Source: Octopus bimaculoides
Taxonomy: Eukaryota
Reading direction: 5' to 3'
DNA length: 64,000 bases
NCBI RefSeq assembly: GCF_001194135.2
Contig: NC_068996.1
Coordinates: 37,227,119-37,291,118, forward strand
A program made the position numbers and the translations under genes. Below the pieces are notes generated by a model, which searched no databases, had not been told where the DNA came from, and saw nothing but the letters and a program-made list of their open reading frames with translations. Shown here one piece after another: positions 28,461 to 37,500 of this stretch; position 1 is the first letter of the stretch, and each line of letters starts with the position of its first letter.

Positions 28461-29004
28461 GTGTTGTTTTCTGCAATGAATTGAGAAGTGGTAACAATTC
28501 TATAATTAATAATGATATTTTATAAGCTTAAAGCTTATAAGCAATCACTGTGCATTGATTAAAGAAAATGGTCTTGACAGGATAAAGTAGGTCTTCCACA
28601 TGCATGGGACTCAAACCCACATATCATATATTCATGATAAGTATGCTAACCATTACACCAACATACTCACTCAATGTAAAGTTAACCTCAGTTGGATTTG
28701 ACCTCTGAATGTAAAGAGTGGGTACATCGATGTAAGGGTTGACATACTTATCGCAAATATAAAAGGTATGGGTTTGAGTCCCATGCATATTGAAAACCCA
28801 CTTTTTCCATTGAAGGCTTATATGTCCCTTTCATCCTTTTGAGGTTGATTAAATAAGTACCAGTTAATCACTGGGGTCGATGTAATTGACTTAATCCCCT
28901 TGTCTGTCCCTCTTTGTTTAACCCCCTGTGGACAATAAAGAAATAAATATTAGACTATTTTCTTTAGTCAATACACAGTGATTGCTTATAAGATATTATT
29001 TACA

Positions 29005-29053
<49 letters not shown>

Positions 29054-29432
29054 NNNNNNNNNNNNNNNNNNNNNNNNNNNNNNNNNNNNNNNNNNNNNNN
29101 NNNNNNNNNNNNNNNNNNNNNNNNNNNNNNNNNNNNNNNNNNNNNNNNNNNNNNNNNNNNNNNNNNNNNNNNNNNNNNNNNNNNNNNNNNNNNNNNNNNN
29201 NNNNNNNNNNNNNNNNNNNNNNNNNNNNNNNNNNNNNNNNNNNNNNNNNNNNNNNNNNNNNNNNNNNNNNNNNNNNNNNNNNNNNNNNNNNNNNNNNNNN
29301 NNNNNNNNNNNNNNNNNNNNNNNNNNNNNNNNNNNNNNNNNNNNNNNNNNNNNNNNNNNNNNNNNNNNNNNNNNNNNNNNNNNNNNNNNNNNNNNNNNNN
29401 NNNNNNNNNNNNNNNNNNNNNNNNNNNNNNNN

Positions 29433-29470
<38 letters not shown>

Positions 29471-32400
29471 CATACATGAGAATCAGATATTCTCAGTATA
29501 GAATACACTTAGTGTACACTTCTTTAACTCCTTACTTCTCTATATTATTTGTATTCTTTGTAAGTCAGATCTTATTGTACGTAAACATATATACATATTT
29601 TAGTATTCCATGTATTTTATATACTTTATATATTGATCTGTCTAATTTGCTTATCCTTACATTCACTCATAAATACGTATATGTGTTTGGCATTTGGAAG
29701 GGCATCCAGCTATAAAATTCATGCCAAAATTGACCTCGCCTGTGCTAGTGTCATGTAAAAAGCACTGAATCCACTCTGCAGAGTGGTTGGTACTAGGAAG
29801 GGCATCCAGCCATAAAAACCTTGCCAAAACAGACACAGTAGCATAGGGTAGATTCTCTACCTGGCCAGCTCCTGTGAACCATCCTGCCCATGCATGCATG
29901 GATGATGGTCGTTAAACAATGATGTGTGTGTGTGCTTGTGTGTATGTGTTTGTGTCTCCTTGTCTTGACATCATGCATTAGATATATATGAGCATTATCT
30001 TCACACAGATAGTGTCCTCGATTTTCAAGTTTCTGTGAAACCATGTCAACCAGGGCCAAAAAAATTACTTTACTTGGAAATAGATGAGGGTTGGTTACAA
30101 GAAGGGCAGCCAAAAATAGAAAATCTACCGGAATGAATGCCATCTGATCCATCCTAGCATGGGAAAATTACATGACAAAATGATGATGAAGAGGATGATG
30201 ATGATGATGATGATGTATATATGGTGATTCCTCCATTTTTACAGATAGTTGCTCTCTCCCTGAGCTTCCTAACTGTCAATGGCATTTCTAACTTTCTGTC
30301 CATGACCTCTCTGATGACAGCTCAGTCCTGTGCATGTCTGCACTGTTTGAAGTATAGGTGACAGATCAGAGTTGTAACTTCCACTGGATTGATTGGAATG
30401 TCTGTGAACCACAAAATGCCTCTTCAGACCCAATATATTAACTTGCGTGCTCTTTTACATACATACAGAAACACAAACACATCTTTCAGGTACATGACTG
30501 GTCCTTTATTATAATCTACTCCCAAAAGGATAAAAGGTAAAGTTGATCTCAGTGGGATTTGAACTCCAAATGTAAAGTGCCAGAACCAATACCACAAGGC
30601 ATTTTGGTAGGTGCTCTAATGATTGTACCAATTCACTGCCTTAAAACTTAAATATTGATAACAATGATGGTGACAATGATGATGATGATGATGACAATAT
30701 TGATAATGATATAAAAATTTTATTTACTAATGCACACACAAACGTTATATTATATTTATGAAATATTTTAAAGCAAATTCTGATAAAGCTGAGGAAGATG
30801 AAACTACAAAGCTGAACTTAGAACTTGCAGGGAAGCGGCAAGAACTTAAAGACTTTGAAAGTAAATTGAAAACTTGTAATCAGCAACTAGAAGAAGCTAA
30901 TTGTCAGGTAATAAATTGATATCATACAATTAAATTTATTTTAATTTATTTTATGAAATAACTTAGTTGTTATTAATCTGATGTTTGGAACACAATATGA
31001 AATTTTGATGGAAAGTTTTAATTTAAACTATTTTAAAACAAGAAGTTTGCATCATAGAACCCAGAAGTGGTCTCAGATGGGGGTTAGTACCAAAAGGGTC
31101 AAATTGGTCAATTTCTTCATGAATTAACATGGTCCCTATTTTAAAAATAGCATGAACAGTGTCTATGTAAAAGTTCCTTCTATGGTTGAAAAGATATTAC
31201 AAATGCTCATTTTTATTTGCTCAATTCTTTTTTTCTTTTTAATCTGTTCCTACATTAGATTTTGAATCTGCAGAAAACTGTGCATGATGAATGTAAAGAA
31301 CGACTGGAACTGACAGAATCCCTAATGGCAGCTCGAACTGAGCTTCTTCAGTTAAAGAAACCCCTTGGTATGTAAAATATATTTGTGTCTTGCAATGTAG
31401 ATTAAAGTCCTCACTACCATGATACATAAAAGTAAACTAAAACAAATTAATAAACCATCAATTAACCATCTAGAAACCACCAAGTGACCTTTAATTAACC
31501 ACCAAGTAACCTTTGATAAATCACCAATTGACCATTAATAAACCACCAATTGACAATTAGGATTTCAAGATACAAATTTGCCACAATAATTTATTCCTTT
31601 ATCCTAACATTAGTAATATGTATTACAATCCTATTAATAACCAATAGATTTTCTTCACCAATAATTACTTTTAACCCTTTAGCATTTAAATCAGCTGTAT
31701 CCAGCCAAAATATTCTGTTTTATGTTCAAACTGGTCAGATCTGGCCTCTCACACCATTCTAAAAATCAAGTTACCTCATCAAAATCTCAAAGCTACAAAA
31801 TAATGTATCATTAATTCAAAACGTTGCAAATAAAATAAGCTTTATATTTGACATAGTAATGTGAATGTTAAAGGCTTAAGTCAAAAGACTGAAATTCCTG
31901 GCAGTAGCAACATTATGACACAACCTACACAATACTGCTTTTAAGAAACAATACAAAACAGCAGACAGCAAGCTGCCATGTTTCTAAGTCTATGCAGCAT
32001 ACAAAAACAACAAATCTAGAATTTGTGCTTTACTTAAATAAAATGTCCTTAGAATATATCCTCTCAACTCAACTCAATAGAGTTCATTTAATTGATGTCA
32101 TATTGTTTTTTATTGGACCTTGTTTTTCATCATCATCATTTAATGTCCATCTTCCATGCATACATGGGTAGGATGGTTGACAGGAGCCGGCCAGGTAGAA
32201 GATTATCCCAGGCTACTGTGTCTGTTTTGGCATGGTTTTTATGGCTGGATGCCTTTCCTAACACCAACCATCCAGCAGAGTGGACTCAGTGCTTTTTATG
32301 TGGTACAAGCACAGGCAAGGTCAGGTTTGGCATGATTTTTATTGCTGTATGTCCTTCCAAATGCCAACCACTTTACAGTGTGGACTGAATGCTTTATATG

Positions 32401-33238
32401 TGGTACCAGCAGAGTCATCAAGTATATATATATACACACACACCTATATATATATATATTTTTTTTCTTTGAGTTTTATTGAGAGTTCAAGCCAATCACT
32501 AATAAAGCAAGATTTCCCCTGCTGACTTGCCGTCCCCCACTGACTAGCTCCTGTGCTGGTGGCATGCAAAAAAGCACCAGCACCATCCGAACATGGTCGA
32601 TGCCAGTGCCGCCTGACTAGCTCCCATGCCAGTGGCACATAAAAAGCACCCACTACACTCTCAGAGTGGTTGGCGTTAGGAAGGGCATCCAGCTGTAGAA
32701 ACACTTTGCCAGATCAGATTGGAGCCTGGTGCAGCCTACTGGTTTGCCAGTCCCCAGTCAAACCATTCAACCCATGGAAAATGCCCAACATGGAAAACAG
32801 ACGTTAAACAATGATGATGATGATTGATTTACATTAAAAAAAAAACTGAATATCACACATAAAAGCAATGTATATATACACATTTATATATTTACAGGTG
32901 GTTATAACAAAATTGCAGGTAAGACAGAATGGTCCATGTTATCATCAGAAGACATAAAGAATCCTCCATTAACAACTCAGTCAGATAATCATTTGGTCCA
33001 CAAAAAGTTGGATTTGCAGAATTTTCACAACCCTCAGCCAACACTAAGAACTGCAGATAATTTGACAACACTTTCTGAGCCACTGAAAAAATCCAGTAAT
33101 GTTCAGAATAAGGGGAAGGTTGCTATTTCTAATCCTAGATTAGCTACAACAAAACCAACCAGAGATAATCAATTATACAGAAGATCAATATCAGAAGACA
33201 GGAGAAGGTTTTTAGCTTTACTCAGCAAAAATCCTTGA
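1909..33238 (+). CDS. LEKR1: LEKR1-like coiled-coil protein, 13 coding exons, 5' end outside the window (about 577 aa here)
   Basis: All 13 exons have AG/GT boundaries, and their phases chain without a stop (1735 nt joined). The product is L/E/K/Q-rich coiled coil. The C-terminal LQKTVHDECKERLELTESLMAARTELLQL and terminal SEDRRRFLALL match my recollection of LEKR1 (LQETVRRECEERFELTEALSQAREQLLEL ... ETRQRLAAIL). Needs BLAST confirmation. Confidence 0.8.
2335..2830. repeat. (CAC/CAT)n low-complexity tract
   Basis: direct reading; source of spurious poly-His/Pro/Thr ORFs. Confidence 0.9.
3085..3270 (+). CDS. LEKR1: LEKR1-like exon
   Basis: tctcag|AT CTT CAG...AGA G|gtatgg; DLQQMKLKNFSLEKENNELL...NKQRIR; phase 1 to 1. 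Confidence 0.85.
3960..4723 (+). mobile_element. Decayed mariner (D,D34D) transposon, 3' half with right TIR
   Basis: Frameshifted transposase: AKFVPKL, ITGDESW, FFDYNGIVHHE, HDNVPAH, YFPELTP*DLFLFPKIK (34 positions between the last two Asp), KCVASKRDYFEGD. Right TIR GTCCGGATACTTATTGACCAGACCTTG followed by TA at 4722-4723. The left end is lost at the (TA)n/N gap. Confidence 0.9.
5762..5843 (+). CDS. LEKR1: LEKR1-like exon
   Basis: ttgtag|AA CTT GAA...CTT AA|gtaaga; ELEDKLENYQEINHQSVMEGNQYKDQL; phase 1 to 2. Confidence 0.85.
6900..7135 (-). mobile_element. Highly degenerate RTE-type RT N-terminal fragment
   Basis: ALPSRLDNISVEILKKG...QKNWLS resembles KAPGxDxIPxExLKxG...xKIW. Confidence 0.4.
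7950..8027 (+). CDS. LEKR1: LEKR1-like exon
   Basis: ttctgtag|A AAT ATG...CAG AA|gtaagt; KNMKNMVEELNCQLRKKEQHMENLLQ; phase 2 to 2. Confidence 0.85.
8490..8757 (-). mobile_element. CR1/L2-type LINE RT C-terminal fragment
   Basis: IAKKAEGVLASLTKSFVSRSPAIYLRFYIAMVWPHLEFASPVWNPYLAQNINRLETVE matches the LYxxxVRPHLEYxxxVWSP motif. Confidence 0.8.
10959..11092 (+). CDS. LEKR1: LEKR1-like exon (tandem CAGCAG acceptor; start 10959 or 10962)
   Basis: ttctgcag|C AGT CAA...TCA A|gtaagt; SQIEVHELQQKLHAVRRECNRVQEQL...QQVTS; phase 2 to 1. Confidence 0.85.
11276..11690 (+). mobile_element. RTE LINE extreme 3' fragment
   Basis: Ends of ORF (AVREKTRQAK*), same UTR as 16653-17000, GACGTTAAACGATGATGAT tail. 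Confidence 0.75.
11699..12281. mobile_element. Foldback/long-TIR non-autonomous element (196-bp arms, 191-bp spacer)
   Basis: 11699-11894 is the reverse complement of 12086-12281 with 6 mismatches; (TA)n flanks. Confidence 0.8.
16653..17444 (-). mobile_element. RTE-clade LINE 3' fragment (ORF end, 3' UTR, (GAT)n tail)
   Basis: Minus-strand translation RRFHWYGHVLRIDE...SRGRPR*TWDEVVKHDLRTLSLTEAMTKNQDLWKY, then a UTR with GTGCC.GTGGCACGTAAAAAGCACC repeats and GACATTAAATGATGATGAT. Confidence 0.85.
17935..18235. repeat. About 40-bp CA/TA-rich minisatellite (ATGCAAACTCACATATGCATATATGTGCATACACACACAC), about 7 copies
   Basis: recurring AAACTCACATAT anchor. Confidence 0.85.
18382..18451 (+). CDS. 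LEKR1: LEKR1-like exon (alternative in-phase acceptor at 18391)
   Basis: tatttcag|CT CTT GTA...GAA AG|gtaaga; TLVEQLRDSEKKLRSEIESLKKE; phase 1 to 2. Confidence 0.8.
18642..18852. mobile_element. Tc1/mariner-type MITE (211 bp)
   Basis: 30-bp TIRs CAGG(A/G)TGCGGCAGAAATACCTCCCAC(A/G)TTT with 2 mismatches; TA on both flanks; no ORF. Confidence 0.85.
19163..19382 (-). mobile_element. tRNA-derived SINE family B (Meta-domain-like core); about 20 copies or fragments in the window
   Basis: Minus strand reads tRNA-like head GAGCTGGCAGAA...TGAGTTCAAAT, core GCCTTTCATC.TTTC...GTCGAT.TAA, and (ATT)n tail. Confidence 0.8.
19490..20000 (-). mobile_element. R4/Dong-like non-LTR element 3' fragment (restriction-like endonuclease tail)
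   Basis: KKVKTVPIIVGTLGTISKDIERNIKEMG...PVELLQKVCFLGTARIIREIL. Confidence 0.65.
20109..20202 (+). CDS. LEKR1: LEKR1-like exon
   Basis: aaacag|A GAC ATG...CTT AAG|gtaaat; RDMTTSAHQDQILQLKNSFRQKLEEFENSPLK; phase 2 to 0. Confidence 0.85.
20263..20640 (+). mobile_element. tRNA-derived SINE family A (near full length); other copies or parts at 11128-11275 plus 12400-12580(+), 15730-16450(+), 13740-13930(-), 37080-37395(-), 37545-37862(-), 60095-60490(-), 63680-63975(+)
   Basis: A-box-like TGGCTGTGTGG, B-box-like GGTTCAGTCCC, core CACCTTGGGCAAGTGTCTTCT, internal (TA/TG)n, tail GTAAAAGAATAAAAGAATAA; repeated many times in the window. Confidence 0.85.
22066..22152 (+). CDS. LEKR1: LEKR1-like exon
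   Basis: tttccag|CTG GAG...CAC ATG|gtatgc; LETVLQKERNNHILEIEKLKEEMSESFHM; phase 0 to 0. Confidence 0.85.
25012..25089 (+). CDS. LEKR1: LEKR1-like exon
   Basis: tttggcag|AGT CTT GAA...GAA ATT|gtaagt; SLEIEKQKYQKLLDKYQEDRLNAEEI; phase 0 to 0. Confidence 0.85.
25387..25515. repeat. 42-bp minisatellite x3 inside a (GGT)n tract
   Basis: GGTAGGGGAAATGATGTCAGCGGCAGTAATAGTGGT occurs three times. Confidence 0.9.
26268..26388. repeat. Compound microsatellite (AAT)n(AAG)n(GAT)n(AAT)n
   Basis: direct reading. Confidence 0.95.
27405..27800. mobile_element. Two tandem TTAA-flanked MITEs (piggyBac-type, CCCTTTAGCATT termini)
   Basis: TTAA|CCCTTTAGCATT...AATGCTAAAGAG|TTAA; internal junction near 27605. 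Confidence 0.7.
27986..28151 (+). CDS. LEKR1: LEKR1-like exon
   Basis: gttccag|GCA AAG...ATC G|gttagt; AKKQVASAVQCHVEAINDLEELL...KVIKDLEKRI; phase 0 to 1. Confidence 0.85.
30774..30907 (+). CDS. LEKR1: LEKR1-like exon
   Basis: ttttaaag|CA AAT TCT...TGT CAG|gtaata; ANSDKAEEDETTKLNLELAGKRQELKDFESKL...EANCQ; phase 1 to 0. Confidence 0.8.
31259..31367 (+). CDS. LEKR1: LEKR1-like exon carrying the conserved ECxERxELTEAL-type motif
   Basis: acattag|ATT TTG AAT...CTT G|gtatgt; ILNLQKTVHDECKERLELTESLMAARTELLQLKKPL; phase 0 to 1. Confidence 0.9.
31675..31875. mobile_element. TTAA-flanked MITE (same family)
   Basis: TTAA|CCCTTTAGCATTT...AATGTTAAAGGC|TTAA. Confidence 0.7.
32898..33238 (+). CDS. LEKR1: LEKR1-like terminal coding exon
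   Basis: tttacag|GT GGT TAT..., in frame with ORF 32936-33238; ends SEDRRRFLALLSKNP-TGA; AATAAA at 33363. Confidence 0.8.
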
Positions 33239-33767
33239 AAATTTTTAATTAAAGACACAGAATAATTACAACCAAAACTACCCAGCTAAAAACATTTGAC
33301 AGAATTACCTTTTTTGTTTTTGATCTTGTCAAAAATTAGTTCTGGTTAGTAAGTAACAATGGAATAAATATTGATTGTATATAGTTTAAATAGTTGCATT
33401 TTGTTGATGTATTCAGACATTTTGTATAGATTATATATGATCCAAATTGTCACAGTACAACTCGAGTCAGTCAAACATTGCGTTGCCAAAAACAAACCTT
33501 AGAATGGTCACATGATTTGATGAAATAGTTGTATTTTCAACTTCATATCATAAGAAAAAAACTACAAAAAAAAAACATGGGGGATGAACATATTGGATAA
33601 TATAGCCAGAGAAGCTCCACTTGAGGAGTGATTTATGGTTGACCTGAGGTTTAATATCATCAATACATAAAAGAGTGTACAGGATAGAGCTGAAGACAAA
33701 ATTGGCCATGGATACAGCAAAAACCAAATGTATATGTATATATAGATACAGAAAAATAGACACACAT

Positions 33768-33812
<45 letters not shown>

Positions 33813-34285
33813 NNNNNNNNNNNNNNNNNNNNNNNNNNNNNNNNNNNNNNNNNNNNNNNNNNNNNNNNNNNNNNNNNNNNNNNNNNNNNNNNNNNNNNNN
33901 NNNNNNNNNNNNNNNNNNNNNNNNNNNNNNNNNNNNNNNNNNNNNNNNNNNNNNNNNNNNNNNNNNNNNNNNNNNNNNNNNNNNNNNNNNNNNNNNNNNN
34001 NNNNNNNNNNNNNNNNNNNNNNNNNNNNNNNNNNNNNNNNNNNNNNNNNNNNTTTTCTTTCAATTCAATAACAATGTTTTTTTTTTTTTCTTTCTTCTAC
34101 TCTGGAGACAGCTGATTGAATCAAAGGTCACCTATCTGTTTACAATACACTTTTCAAAGTAAATGAATTGTATTTTGTTTTGTTTTGCTTTTTTTTTTTT
34201 AAATATTTACGAGATAAATTAATGACTTTTAAGATCAATTAGATACATTTAAATAAAAGTTCCCTCTAAATGTTTTCAGTTGACT

Positions 34286-34528
34286 TCAGATTAGTTGAGG
34301 CAGTTTCAGTGCTGGCAACATGGAATCTACACAGTTTACCCAGAAATTGGCGCATGTCGTATGATACTGGCGACCACTGTATGTCAGTTTTGCAGCTCGT
34401 TCATTGTCATTTGAAATGCGATCGAAAACATCGACATTTAGAAGACATACACCACAAGCTTTCAGCTGAGAAGCTGTGTCATCAGTTTTAAGGACAGCTG
34501 AAGTATAATTAAAGGAACTCACTTCCGA
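34286..34528 (-). CDS. SYNRG: SYNRG terminal coding exon
   Basis: tcttttcag|TCG GAA...; KACGVCLLNVD...YHTTCANFWVNCVDSMLPALKLPQLI-TGA. Confidence 0.92.
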   Translation of the reverse strand, partial: SEVSSFNYTSAVLKTDDTASQLKACGVCLLNVDVFDRISNDNERAAKLTYSGRQYHTTCANFWVNCVDSMLPALKLPQLI

Positions 34529-37500
34529 CTGAAAAGAAAAATGAAAATAAATGAAGATCTTCATTTCAGATTAAATGGTAAACATTAAATGTTTTAATTA
34601 AAAAAGTTTTTTGGAAGCTATATTCTTTTACAAGTTTCAGCCTGAAGGCTGTGGCCATGCTGGAGTACCATCAGTGTTATCACCTTTTCATTGGCCATTC
34701 TTGTTACCCTCTTTTGAGTTTCTTATCATGACATAGGTTAATCTGGGACCTTGGACACCAGGAGGTCAAGTTGTTTCTTGAAAACATCTACACTTACTCC
34801 TTGTAAACCACTCACATGTTCTGGCAAGGTATTAAATACCCGTGGGCCCTTTAATCCCAAGCTATAGCAATACATGGTTCTCACTCTAGACAGGTTAGCT
34901 GGGACCTTTGGAACAGTGCAGTGATGTCCAGTTCAAGGGCTGGTAGAGTTTTTGATACCAAACTTAACCCTTTTGTTATTTTCTGTTGAAACATTGCCTT
35001 TGTTTCAATTAGTTTTTAAAATAATGAAAAGTTTCAGTAATATAGCTTCATTAAGATGGAATTTCAAGGTTTAAAATTTTGATGGCAAGTTTGAAGTTAG
35101 ATCACTTTAAAACAGGACGTTTGTATTGTAGGTTTGGACTGGTCTAAGACAGATTGGTATCAATCCTTTTAAATATAACTATCAATGATTACACTTCAAA
35201 AATTAACAGGTTAACGTAGAGTAATTAAGATACAGATTGAGGTCATTTGTAATATATACATATTGAAAATTAAAGGCTAAATATATCTTACCAATAAAGA
35301 ACTGGCACTGAGAAAAGCTGCCAAATTGTTCCAGGCCAGGTCAATGTCTTTTAGTAATGTCTCAAGGCGTTCATTTGTTAGCACTAAAAGTAGAATAGAA
35401 AAAAATTCAGAAACATTGCAAAAGATAAAGAATTCTTTGAAATGTAACAAAACAAACAAATAAATAAATCATCATTATCATCATTATCATTATCATTATC
35501 ATTATCATTATCATTATCATCATCATCATCATCTGCTGCTGATGTCCTTTTTTCATGTTGGCATGTGTTGGTTGAGTCATTACCACTCTCTTGAATAAAT
35601 TGGAGGACTGCATCTTCCTCAAAAGTTTCATTTTCACTTGGTTTCTACAGATGGATATCCTTTCTAACATCACTACCTTTACAGAGTGTAACAAGTGTCT
35701 TTTATCATGGCACCAACATGAGAAAGGTTGTCATGTCTTTCAACTATAAATTTTATAAAATATAATGGTTGTGCTTTACTGAGGCCCCAGCTGTGGAGAA
35801 GATAGTTATGATCTTCGCAGGACTGCTGACTGTTATTTTAAGTATTTAGTTTTATTAGAACATCATAGAAATGACTTACCTTAAAGCAAGAACTGCTGTT
35901 GGCTTACTATAGACTAGTTAGGTAATACCAACAAAAAAAAAAAACTAACAGATTTTACTTAATATAAAAGAACAAAAATATTTTTGCCTTTTTTAAAATT
36001 TAATTTTAAGTGATGATAATTCCAATTCTCTTTTTTAACCCTATAATGTTTAGACCGGTCAAAACCGGTCGAAAATTATTCCCCTTTATTTGTTTGAACC
36101 GGCCAAATCTGGCTGTATCTGTATCCTCTCCGAAATTGCTAAAAAAGAATACAAATCACATTACTGAATTCTTGTAGCTTTGAGATAATGTGAGATAAAG
36201 CCTTTCCCGCCTTTATTCAAGTAAAAATACAGTGAAATTTTTGAGACTTCTTGGTTCTTGCGATGTTTGAAGAGAAGTGTATATCTTAGTTTTAAGCAAT
36301 ATGATGTCGACAAATAGCGATTCTGACTTCGAAGGTTTTACTCTTGACGATGTACAAAATATAAACGAAAACACAATGATTTGTCTTCGGACGAATCATA
36401 TTGACATTTATGAATCTTCGTTGGACAAGGAAGATTTTGACAATGAAAGTAATGAAAATGATATTGCAAACATTTTTGGCAATGTGGTTGAAGATTATTA
36501 CATCAACCACAACTCCCGACTTCACAGAAAAGACTAGTTCACAATACAGTCTACCTCTCCATTGGACTATTTATTTTTATTTTTACTAAAAAGTTCTTTT
36601 CAAATTGTTGCAGAGGAACAAATATGCTCAACACATTACTTCTATTCATAGAAGACCTGATCCACTATGGCAGCCAACTGATAATATGGAAATGCAAGAT
36701 TTTTTACTATAAACATTAGGTTTGATATCAAGCAGCTTCCTGATTGGCATTAAGAAAGGCATCTAGCTATAAAAACCATCCAACCCATGCCAGCATGGAG
36801 AGCAGACATTAAATGATGATGATGGTCTCTTTTATTCTCTTAAATATAAGAACATATATGGAAGATTAAAATAAGAAAAAAATATGGAAGAGAATTTACC
36901 TGACATTCTCATTGTAACTGTTATTTTACAGACAACTCGATAAATTTCAATAATAGCTGAAAATAACAATGAAAATATGTCAAGCTCATTGATGAACCAG
37001 GAGAAATATTTATTACATATCTGTTAATATAAAGCATAAGAGTGATCTTTACTTAATCTTTTATGTGTTTCAATTATTGGACTGCAGCTCAAAAGATATT
37101 AATTGAACAAATGGGCATCAGTACTTATTTTTTTAAAAGTCTGGTACTTATTCTGTCAGTCTTTTTTGCTAAACTACTATGACACAGGGATGTAAACAAA
37201 CAAACACTGGTTGTCAAGCAGTGGTGGGGGACAAACTCAAATACACAAATGACAGGCTTTTTTTCAGTTTCCATCTACCAAATTCACTTACAACGCTTTG
37301 GTCAGCTTTAGGATATAGCAGAAGACACTTGCCCACAGTATCACACAGTGGGACTGAACCCAAAACCAAGTGATTGGGAAGTAAACTTCTTGCTACACAG
37401 CTGCACTTGCACCTACAATGATAATTATGTTAAATATGTCTTCTTTGAACACTGAAAAGATGGATTAGAAATAATTGTTATAAGTAGGAATAATTTTTAT

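Noticed and set aside
609-34115. Long X-containing ORFs in the track
   Set aside because: Artefacts of reading through N gaps.
34270-34491. 73-aa + strand ORF antisense to the SYNRG last exon, in phase with the internal LEKR1 donor at 32919
   Set aside because: Antisense ORFs are common over coding exons, a phase match has a 1-in-3 chance, and there is no recognisable protein similarity.
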